From Mobula hypostoma (taxonomy: Eukaryota), in the NCBI RefSeq assembly GCF_963921235.1, contig NC_086097.1, forward strand, positions 173,664,001 through 173,728,000: a DNA stretch of 64,000 nt, given 5' to 3'. The translations under genes and the position numbers were made by a program. Below the pieces are notes generated by a model. That model ran no database searches. It saw only the letters and a program-made list of their open reading frames with translations, and was not told the DNA's origin. Position 1 is the stretch's first letter. Each line of letters opens with the position of its first letter. This document shows positions 53,276-64,000 of the stretch, in pieces.

Positions 53276-54311
53276 CATTCAAGCATCTGTAGTCCATTTT
53301 ACTCCTCTCCTGAAAGCCCTATAGACAATGGGTGACCTTCTTCTTGGAAATAGTTGTAAATAGAATGAAACCGCAGGTAGTAAATAGTTCCCACAGACTC
53401 AAATCCTCCCAGCATTCGAAACCATTCCACAAAACACTGCTATTTAGTTTGCTAAACCAACTGGAGCATTTAAGTCAAGCAACTAACTCTCAATTGTTTT
53501 GGTAATCAAACTCCATATCTCTTTCAAAAAGCTAAATGCATGGAACACTCCACCTGTCTCAAAGTTGCTCTAATGATCAATAATCACACTGCTTAACTGT
53601 ATGCAGTTCTCTCACAACACTCCCCAAGCTCACTGAAACAGAAACAAAAATAACATTTTCACCTCAGCACATCCTTTTCTTTCCCCTTTTCCACTGTGCA
53701 TTGTAGATTATTGAAGCCATCCACCAAATCTTCCTTTTCAATGTCCTTCCATACTCTCTTTACTTCTTCTCTCCCATCCCTTTTCACTGAAATCCTCCGC
53801 AACATTACCCCCATCCTTATCTTTTAATGTTCCTTAACTCCTTGTCCCTTCATTCATTTCAACTCAATTCACCTTAACATTCTTGATTTTTGTTCTCTGA
53901 CCAAATGCAAAACATAGAATATACAAAACATCTCAGATGCTGAAATTTGGAGTAACAAACAAACTTCTGGAGGATCAAATCAGGATGCATGATTTTGACA
54001 AAAATGGTTAATTCCCGCATCCGCCCCCCACCACCACCACAGATGCAACTCAACCTGCTGAGTTCCTGCAGATTGTTCATTGCTCCAAAGGTAAACTATA
54101 GTCTACAATATGATCAATTACTAAATTAAAGTATGAAATAACATATAGCTTTTTGTTTTGACTCATAATACAGTAAACTAATATTTCATACAAACAAAAA
54201 GGAACAGTAACTACAACAGTGGGATGTTAAATGTTAAGCTGCTGTTCATTTTTTTCAGCTAAGCAGCTCAGATAATTACTTTTATATAACACATAAGAAT
54301 TTCTATTTAAC

Positions 54312-54506
54312 CTGAGCGAGGTTTGCTGTATGGCTCATACTCATGATTCAGACCACACGCCACCATCTTCAGTATTCTGTGAACAGAGCTACTGTCCAGA
54401 CGAAGCTCCATTGAACCTACAACAAGACGCTTGGTTGACATCTCTTGGACATTGCTCATGTCTTCATTTTTGTTAATGGAGACATCTTGCTGTTGATTCG
54501 CTGAAC
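54312..54506 (-). CDS. VPS13B: VPS13B internal coding exon (195 bp, phase 1/1): GSANQQQDVSINKNEDMSNVQEMSTKRLVVGSMELRLDSSSVHRILKMVACGLNHEYEPYSKPRS
   Basis: Acceptor ctttttgatctcag| and donor CAG|gttaaa. The peptide closely resembles the vertebrate VPS13B segment as I recall it (..RLDSSAVHRILKMIVCALEHEYEPYS..). The terminal G joins AT of the next exon to give Asp. Confidence 0.93.
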
Positions 54507-54729
54507 CTGAGATCAAAAAGCAACATGGCATAAGTATATTTTTTCTTAAGGAAAGGAAAGCTGTTTAAATGTTGATTTAAAAAAATAAATGTAATAACAG
54601 ATAATTAAAATGAAATCAAAAATTGCAGAACTCAGCAAATCAATAATTGAAACCAGCTCCTCCATTAATAAAGGAAAACTGCATTCATGACAGGAAAAAC
54701 AGATGAATAAAATAGATTATCAAAAGTTA

Positions 54730-55095
54730 AGCAACACACACAAAATGCTGCAGGAACTCAGCAGGCCAGGAAGCATCTACGGAAAAAAGGTCGACGTTTC
54801 GGGCTAAAACCCTTCATCAGGATGAGAAAAGAAGATGAGAAGTCAGAGTAAGAAAGTGGGGGGAGGGGAGGAAGAACCACAGGGTGAGAGGTGAAACAGT
54901 GAGAAGGATGTGTGATTCTTCCTCTCCTGCCTGCACTTTCTTACTCTGACTCAACTTTTTTTTCCCAATCCTGATGAAGGGTCTTGGCCCAAAATGTTGA
55001 CTATACTCTTTTCCACAGATGCTGCCTGGGCTGCTGAGTTCTTCCAACATTTTGTGTGTGCTGTTTGGATTTCCAGCATTGTGGATTTTCTCTTG
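54730..55095. mobile_element. Inverted pair of Penelope terminal repeats; minus-strand arm has an intact hammerhead core (54789-54823)
   Basis: Arms at about 54730-54870 and 54920-55065 are reverse complements; minus strand reads CUGAUGA-AGGGUUUUAGCCC-GAAAC-GUC-GAC. Confidence 0.8.
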
Positions 55096-55604
55096 TTTAT
55101 CAAAAGTTACATGGTTAATTAGATATATCATAGCTAGTTAAAAATATCTGCATTAAAATTTATATAGAACTTGGATTGTAGAGTTTTTTTTATTAATGAA
55201 AATCCATTCTAGTAGAGTAAATTGCTTTTGCACACATTTTTGGATCATATCACACCAATTCAGAAATTTGACCAAACACCATTTTTCTATTTTCCCTCTT
55301 TGAGCAGAATGAAGCCATTCTGCCTATCGAGTCTGCTCTACCAGTCCACCATGGCTGACTTATTATCCATGTCAACCTCATTCTATCTTCTTAACTCACT
55401 TCTAGCTGTGAGTTAACCTCTGACCGTGATATAAGTTTGGCATCAAGTATGCAGAGAATAGCATGATTCCTTATGTACTGATCTTTTTCAATATTCTTCA
55501 GGAGCACTTAGATTATGTTGTCTTGGAGTCATGTCCCACCAGGCATTCTTGGATCAATGCAATGAGAATCTCACAGAACCCTGCAGGTAAGTGAGCAATT
55601 TACA

Positions 55605-57445
55605 ACAATCATAGAGTATTACAGCACAGAAACAGGTCTGTTGGTCTATCTAGTCCATATTGAACTATTAATCTGCTTAATCACATTGACCTGCACCAGG
55701 ACCATATCCCTCTATACCCTTCCCATCCACAAACCTATCCAAATTTCCCTTAAATGCAGAACTCTGCAATGCCACCACTTGCGCTGGCAGCTTGTTCCAC
55801 AGTCTCATTACCCTCTGACTGAAGAAGTTTCCCTTCATGTTCCTCTTAATATTTTCATCTTGTACCTTTAACCCATGACCTCTATTTCTAGTCTCAACCC
55901 ACCTCAGTGGAAAAAGCCTGCTTGCATTTACCCTGTCTTTAACCCTCATAATTTTGTATACTTCCATCAAATCTCCCCCCACTCATCTATGTTCTAAAGA
56001 ACAAACTCCTAACCTATTCAACTTTACTTATGACTCAGGTCTTCGTGTCATGGAAACATCCTTATAAATTTTCTCTGCACTCTTTCCAATCCTATTGACA
56101 CTATTCCTGTAGGCACATGAAAAAAAATGCACAAGATACCCCAAATATGGCCTTAACAATATCTTGTACAACTGCAACAAAACAGCCCATTTCCTGCACT
56201 CAGTACTTCATACTTATGAAGGCCAAATGTGCCAGAAATTTTCTTTATTACGCTATCTACCTTTGACGTCATTTTCAAGGAATCTATATTTCTAGATCAC
56301 TCTGTTCTACCATACTGCTCTGTGCTTTACTGCTCATCATGTACAGTACAGTGCAAAAGTCTTAGGCACAGATATACAGCTGGGGTGTCTAAGACTTTTG
56401 CACAGTATTGTATTTGTCAACTTGAGGCAGCGAGTGAGTTTACAAATCTGACAGGAGCAAAGGATGTCGGGAATGGCGAGGGTGGAGCACTGCGGAAGGG
56501 GTGTTGGACAGGTGGCACAGCAAGAGTACTGGGGTGGAAGGTGAAATGGGTACAGACACAAGCAGCACTAAGACATCAGGCAAGGTCATTTGATTCCAAA
56601 CAATTGGTTTATTAATCATTACAGAATGTCTTTCAGGTGCCTCCTGCTAACCACCCTCCCCACCTCTCCCTTCCCCTTTTCCTAACAATGATTCCATTCT
56701 CCCTACCCTCTTTCTACTCTTAGTCCACAATAGAGACCTATATCAGAATCAGATTAATCACCACTCACAAATGTCATGAAATTTGTTTTACCTTCTGGCA
56801 ACAATGCAATGCAATACGCAAAATTACTTCAGTTCTGTGCAAGTATTAGGCACCCTAGCTATGTGCCCACGTCTTTCGCACAGTACTGTCAGTCCTACCC
56901 TGGTTTGTCCTCCGAAAGTGCAACACCTCACACTTTTCTGCATTAAATTCCATCTTTCATTTTTCAGCCCATTTTTCCAGCTGGTCCAGATCCCAATGCA
57001 AGCTTTGACTGTTTTCCTCACTGTTAACTACACCCCCAATTTTAGTGTCATCCACTCATCTGCTGACCTATCACTTATATCATTGATATAGATGTCAAAC
57101 AACAACAGATCCAGCATGAACTCCTGCGTCACACCAATAGTCACAAGCCTCCCATCAGAGAGGCAACCCTCCAGTACCACTCTCTGGCTTCTCCAACAAA
57201 TCCAATGTCTAATCCAATATACTACGTCATCTTGAATGCCAAGCAACTGAACATTCTGGACCAACCTCATTGTGGGGTCTTGTCAAAGGCCTTACTTATG
57301 TCTATACAGACAACATCTATTAGCTTGCCTTCATCAACTTTCCTGTGAACTTCTTTGAAAAATTCTGTAAGATTAATTAGACACATGCCATGTTGACTAT
57401 CCCTAATCAGTCCCTGTCTATCCAAGTACTCATATATCCAGTCCC
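55605..57445 (-). mobile_element. Decayed CR1 LINE (RT plus 3' end) interrupted by a compound MITE
   Basis: DSQH, DISKAFDK, GDLMEVYKIM and FFSQRV motifs. Confidence 0.9.
56344..56888. mobile_element. Tc1/mariner-type non-autonomous element bounded by two mini-hairpin units
   Basis: CAGTAC.GTGCAAAAGTCTTAGGCAC-type TIR occurs four times as two inverted pairs (56344-56410, 56830-56888). TA on the left flank, TC on the right. Confidence 0.8.
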
Positions 57446-59700
57446 TCACTCATAATATGTGACATGACTGCACCTATACCATAAGGTGAGACAGCAGAAG
57501 CAAGCTTCAGTGGACAATGTGGATCATAATGTGTGAGTACAGTGTTTGATGTCACCATTTCCTTTACCTTTTTAAAAGTCACCTTACACTGTTCTGTCCA
57601 TTGCCATTTCTTGGCAATCTGTAGTAATGAGTTCAAGGGGTGAAGCACAGGAGCTAGATTTGGCAGGAACCTGTTCCAGTGATTGACATGTCCTAACAAG
57701 GACCACAACTGTGACATATCCTTTGGCTTTGAGGCATCCATCACGGCTTGAACTTTCTCAGCACACTTGTGTCATCCTTCTGTGTTGATAGTGTGACCAC
57801 AGTAAGAGAAGCTGGGATTAAATGATTCGTATTTGATGTGTCGTGCTCTGAGCCCATAATCTTCCAAATTTTTTAACACTGTCTTGAGGTTTTGGAGTTG
57901 TTTCTTGTCATTCTTACCAGTAACAATGGTGTCATTCAGGTAACACTGAGCACTTGGGCAACCTTGCAACACCTGGTGCATGTGGTTGGAAACATCTGCA
58001 GCGATGGGGTCCAAGCCTTCAAGAGTTGCATGCACAAACACCTATCATCTCTGGGAGGGAGGTCACATGCTTCTTCATAAGCTATCATGAAGGGTACCGG
58101 GATGGCAATGCTTGGTTGTTGGTAGGTAGGGTTAATACCTGACTTTCAAGAGCACTTGTGAGTTATGTTCTGGCTGGACTTAGCCCTTAAACTGCTGGAG
58201 AACAGTGCGGAAAGAACAGGGTAGGGACTAGTTCTTAGTTCCAAGTGCTCCTGCCTTGTTTTGTCACCCTGCAACCTTATCCTTCAATCTCTTTGAATTA
58301 TGGAGGACAGATGTGTATAAATGTCTCTCTCCAGCAGACTTCAACATGATCATCATGACTCCAGTATTTCTACTATCTTTTCATTGTACATATATTTTTT
58401 TTGTGCTCTATCGCTGAGCAGCAGTGAACCACCTGATTGGCCTATCGGAGTTCTCTTTGGGAACTAGTTGACATGATCAGCATTTCTGAGCTGGCTATTG
58501 TTCACAATTGCATTTAACTTAAAAAACACCTTTCTGTCAGAGTGCAGATGCAGATACTACTCCAAAAATAAGCCTATAAAGCCCTTTGTGAGTGTTTTTA
58601 GTGAGAAACAACTTGGACTCTTCTTCCATCTCCATCTGTAGGTAGGCCACAGATAAATCCACTTTGTTGAAGGGTTTTGCACCAGAGAGGTTTGCAAAGA
58701 TATCCTCTATCCTGGGCGTCTATCCTGGGCAGAAGATATTGATCCACTTTCACCACTTGGTTGATGGTGACCTTAAAATCACCACAGATCCTGACAGACA
58801 TATTCTTCTTGACTATTGGGACCACTGGTATTTCCCATGGGCTCCACTCAATCTAGGAAAGAATTCTTTCAGCATCCATGCAGTCGAGCTCAAAGGTTAC
58901 TTTATCACAGATGGTAAGGAACTAGATGGACTTTGCAAAACTTGAGTGTGGCATCTTACCCTTGATATTTTTGAGCTTTCCCAGTGCCATCCTTAAACAT
59001 TGCTATGGCATCTTTCAGTACCTTTCTTAATTCGCTTGCAGATGATTCTATTCCAGGGGATTTGGCATACAAATTGTGGATGATCTCCAATGAAGCTGTA
59101 GTAGTCTCAGCCACTCATGTCCCCACAATACTGGCCCTCAGATTTTTACCATGTACAAGCCCAATGTGCTTGGATATTTACAGGCATCAGTATTGTTAAA
59201 ATGCCGATCAAACTAATTTTCTGAAATGACTGAAATAGCCAACCTAATCTCCAATGCTATTTTAATGAACTTGACATTCCCTTCTGGTGTAAACCATATT
59301 GCTTGTCTATTGTTAGTTTTCACACTATAAATCTCAAGGCTACTCATTCTTCCGTCACTCTCATCAGATTTTTCATCAACAACATGCAGATCTGTGCTCT
59401 TCTTGAAACTCTAACTTGCATTTTGCTTTTTCTCTTCCCTGTGCAGTCTATTTACTTTTGTCTGCCTGACATGATCTTTGGATCACTGCATTTTCTGCAA
59501 GTTTTGGCTTTAAATTTGCATTGGTCTGGTGTATGTGAGGCCCTACCACAATGGTAAGACAATTTGGCCTGGCTGATTTCAACTGCAATTTTGTTCATGC
59601 TCACTTTCATTCCTGACTGCAATTGAACTCTGTCTCTATCTGTTGTTTCCATTGATACAGCTATTTCAATTGCTCTTTTAAATGTCCTGCTTAGTAAGAC
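57446..59700 (-). mobile_element. Decayed Gypsy LTR-retrotransposon internal region (gag zinc knuckle, RT, RNase H)
   Basis: YHCGRASHTPDQCKFK..C.KC (gag); VPIVKK..SVRICGDFKVTIN and CYLND (RT); LTHYDP..PLKLA...SPYGIGAVMSH (RNase H). No LTRs recognised. Confidence 0.88.
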
Positions 59701-61302
59701 TGCCAAGGTTCCAACCATGTAGTGTAAAAAATGCAGACACGGATTTGCTTGGCTAAAATATAATTAGACTGCCCTGGCTGGTAGTTTCAGTGCAACTTCC
59801 CCAATACATGCACCTGAAAGTAGTCAAAACTAAATTTTGCTCCAGGCAACACCCAACTAACAGAGGTAGGCATGGAAACTGGTAATCCACTAAATTTGTA
59901 ATATTTGTACACTACATATCATTTTATGCCGCCTTATTTGATCTTAATTATAGTTAAACCACAATATTTTTTTCATAATTATGTTAGGATAATCCCCACA
60001 GGTTTTCAATATTCCTTTGAATAAAAGTGAATGAATAGTGTATCATTTTCACAAAACTGCTCAAAAATAATCCCTTCACAAAGGTTTATAAATACAGTTT
60101 CAAACTGTGATTTCCAACGATGTCATTTCTTGCTGCTGATAGCAACCAAGCATATTCTAACTGTAGATTTTGCCACAGAGGATAAAGGCATTTTTTTTTA
60201 GTATGGCAAACAATGATGGTAACAGTTCAATCTCAGCATTTAAGTGTTGCAGATAAGAGACGAAAGAGATAAAAAAAGATTTATATTTTATTAAACAGGA
60301 CATAAAGTAAGTTTTAATTTTTCTTTTCCTTTTTAAAAAAAATTGGTAAAGTGAAAATCACATGTCTGGATTTCTATCTGAGCATAATTTATCTATCAGT
60401 GTGTGGTCAATGTTTCAAATTCCCACTTAATGGTGCATCTACCTGACTATAAAAGACATTAACCTTAAATCCCTTTGTGACCCTCCAATCTATTTGCTTA
60501 ATCCACCACATTCCCTTCTGGATAACTCATTAATTTTTGGAAATAACATGATCAATGCCCTATTTCCCTTGCAGCAATCTGATTGGTCTGATGAAAACCC
60601 CACAATGTATATTCCCATCACTTCAGCACTGATCTGTTCAGTTTATAGAACCACGTACACTGTAAAGGATAGAATTCAGCAAAATTATTTTGTCATGTGG
60701 CAGCAGCAGTTTCTGAGCAGCTTTTCAGGCAAATTCACTGAACAGAGCTGGAAATTATTTCAGACCATCAGATATAAGAACAGGAATTAGGCTACCAATG
60801 TGTATCCACATTTTACTTGGGAATGCACAGAACAGGCCATTCTATCCAACAAGTCTCTGTCAGTGTTCATGCCAGATGTTCTCAAGTGTCACCTTACAAT
60901 CTATCTAAACATGTCAGCTTACTCTTTTGAAAGATCAAAATACTGTGAATACAGCACATTAGAAATGTAACCTGAAAATAGCGAAAATACTTAACAGGTC
61001 AAGCAACATTTATCTGTCAAGAGATAAACCATTAGCCAACAATCTAATTAATAACTAAAGCAATGAAAAGAAATAATCACATCAATTCAAGTTTTAAATA
61101 TATATCAATATTTAAATTAGATCATTAAAAACTATTTTCAAAGGCAGAGCAGATGAAAACTATTACATTTCTAAACATGCAATGAATAAATGAATAAATA
61201 TTGCAAGCATCACAACCATATACATATTGTAAGCAGTAGTAGAGTTTTGTAAACTTTTACCTTTGATCTCCAGGACGCCATGCTTTTTCAATAGACAACT
61301 GT

Positions 61303-64000
61303 CCATAAGACCATAAGACAAAGGAGCAGAAGTCGGCCATTCGGCCCAATCGAGTCTGCTCCGCCATTTTATCATGAGCTGATCTATTCTCCCATTTAGT
61401 CCCACTCCCCCGCCTTCTCACCATAACCTTTGATGCCCTGGCTACTCAGATACCTATCAATCTCTGCCTTAAATACACCCAATGACTTGGCCTCCACTGC
61501 CGCCCATGGCAACAAATTCCACAGTTTCACCACCATCTGGCTAAAAAAATTTCTTCGCATCTCTGTTCTGAACGGGTGCCCTTCAATCCTTAAGTCATGC
61601 CCTCCCGTACTAGACTCCCCAACCATGGAAAACAACTTTGCCATATCCACCCTTTCCATGCCTTTCAACATTCGAAATGTTTCTATGAGGTCCCCCCTCA
61701 TCCTAAGTCTCAGAGCAGTCAAACGTTCCTCATATATTCCTCTCATTCCCAGAATCATTCTAGTGAATCTTCTCTGAACCCTCTCCAACGTCAGCACATC
61801 CTTTCTTAAATAAGGAGCCCAAAACTGCACACACTACTCCAACTGAGGTCTTACCAGCACCTTATACAGCCTCAACATCATATCCCTGCTCCTATACTCT
61901 ATTCCTCTAGAAATGAATGCCAACATTGCATTCGCCTTCTTCACCACCAACTCAACCTGGAGGTTAACCTTAAGGGTATCCTGCACGAGGACTCCCACGG
62001 CCCGTTGCATCTCAGAACTTCGAATTTTTTCCCCATTTAAATAATAGTCTGCCCGTTTATTCCTTCTACCAAAGTGCATAACCATACACTTTCCAACATT
62101 GTATTTCATTTGCCACTTCTTTGCCCATTCTCCCAATCTATCCAAGTCTCTCTGCAGACACTTTGTTTCCTCAGCACTACCAGCCCCTCCACCTATCTTT
62201 GTATCATCAGCAAACTTAGCCACAAGGCCATCTATTCCATAATCTAAATCGTTGATGTATAACGTAAGAAGAAGCGGCCCCAACACGGACCCCTGTGGAA
62301 CACCTCTGGTAACCAGCAGCCAACCAGAATGAGATCCCTTTATTCCCACTCTCTGTTTCCTGCCAATCAGCCAATGCTCTATCCACGTATGTAACTTTCC
62401 ATAATTCCATGGGCCCTTATCTTGTTTAGCAGCCTCGTGCAGCACCTTGTCAAAGGCCTTCTGAAAATCCAAATACACAACATCCACTGCATCTCCCTTG
62501 TCTAGCCTACTTGGAATTTCCTCAAAAAATTGCAAAAGGTTTGTTAGGCAGGATTTTCCTTCAAGGAAACCACGCAATCTTCCAGTCCTCCAGAACCATG
62601 CCAGAATCTATTGACTTTTGAAAGATCATTGCTAATGCCTCCGTAATCTCCACAACTACTTCCTTCAGAACACGAGGGTGCATTCCAACTGGTCCGGGTG
62701 ATTTATCTACCCTTAGACTATTCAGCTTCCTGAGTACTTTCTCTGTTGTAATTGTGACTGCGCACACTTCTCTTCCCTGACACCCTAGAGTGTCTAGTAT
62801 ACTGCTGATGTCTTCCTCAGTGAAGACTGATGCAAAATACTTGTTCAGTTCCTCCGCCATCTCCTTATCTCCCATTACGATTTCTCCAGCATCATTTTCT
62901 ATTGGTCCTATATCTACTCTCACCTTTTACTCTTTATACACTTGAAAAAGCTTTTAGTATCCTCTTTGATATTATTTGCAAGCTTCAATTCATAGTTCAT
63001 CTTTTCCCTCATAAAGACCTTCTTAGTTTCCTTTTGTAAGGTTTTAAAAACTTCCCAATCCTGTCTTCCCACTAATTCTTGCTTCCTTGTATGCCCTCTC
63101 CTTTGCTTTAACTTTGGCTTTGACTTCTCTTGTCAGCCACAGTTGCATCCTTTTTCCATTCGAAAATTTCTTCTTTTTTGGAATATATCTGTCTTACACC
63201 TTCCTCACTTCTCGCATAAACTCCAGCCACTGCTGCTCTGCCGTCCTTCCCGCCAGTGTCCCTTTCCAGTCAACTTTGGCCAGTTCCTCTCTCATGCCAC
63301 TGTAATTTCCTTTACTCCACTGAAATACCGACACATCGGATTTCAGCTTCTCTTTCTCAAATTTCACAGTGAACTCAATCATGTTATGATCACTGCCTCC
63401 TAAGGGTTCCTTCACCTCAATCTCTCTAATCACCTCTAGTTCATTATACAATACCCAATCCAGTACAACCGATCCCTTTGTGGGCTCAACGACAAGCTGT
63501 TCTAAAAAGCCATCTCGCAGACATTCTACAAATTCTCTCTCTTCAGCTCCAGTGCTGACCTGATTTTCCCAATCCACTCGCATGTTAAAATCCCCCACAA
63601 TTATCATAACACTGCCCTTCTGACAAGGCTTTTCTATTTCCTGTTGTAATTTGTAGTCCACATCACTGCAGCTGTTTGGGGGCCTGTATATAACTGCCAC
63701 CAGGGTCCTTTTACCCCTGCGATTTCTTAGCTCAACCCATAAAGATTCTGCACCTTCCTATCCTATGTCACCTCTTTCTAATGATTTAATATCATTTCTT
63801 ACCAATAAAATCATGCCACCCCCTCTGCCTACCTGCCTAACCTTCCGATACACCGTGTATCCTTGGATGTTCAGCTCCCAGAGACATTCATCCTTTAGCC
63901 ACGTCTCAGTGATGGCCACAATATCACACCTGCCAATTTGTAGCTGTACGACAAGATCATCCATCTTATTCTTTATGCTGCGTGCATTTAAGTATAACAC
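61303..64000 (-). mobile_element. CR1 LINE ORF2, nearly complete (APE endonuclease plus RT plus 3' end) with frameshifts; continues beyond the window
   Basis: LYLNARSI, AITETWL, YRPPN, GDFN and GSDHN (endonuclease); DFQKAFDKV, GVPQGSVLGP and FADDTK (RT); (CCATAAGA)2 tail. Confidence 0.96.

Noticed and set aside
61200..61302. Donor-like AAAG|gtaaaag near 61260 as a candidate upstream VPS13B exon
   Set aside because: The translation does not resemble the expected upstream VPS13B peptide, and the sequence runs directly into a CR1 tail with no clear acceptor.

Overview
Eukaryotic, repeat-rich vertebrate DNA. The CR1/V-SINE/Penelope repeat set suggests a cartilaginous fish, probably a ray or skate (inference). 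The whole window lies inside one minus-strand gene, VPS13B (COH1). Five consecutive coding exons (54312-54506, 43210-43379, 40967-41161, 34201-34325, 6070-6254) have canonical AG/GT sites and splice into one open frame. The introns are filled with decayed transposable elements: many CR1 LINEs, Rex1/Babar, RTE, an internally deleted L1, a Penelope element (GIY-YIG), a Gypsy internal region, Tc1, Tigger-like MITEs, hAT/Charlie elements and V-SINEs. No prokaryotic genes, CRISPR array, rRNA or true tRNA gene is supported, and I did not find a clearly new protein-coding system. The most notable features are: minimal hammerhead-ribozyme motifs spread by Penelope-derived fragments, two with intact cores on the VPS13B sense strand; a nested hAT family with its target-site duplications (TSDs) still readable; a compound MITE built from two mini-hairpin elements; and an ORF1-only, half-L1-like element. 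Boundaries of degenerate repeats are approximate. Family names come from recalled motifs, not from database searches.
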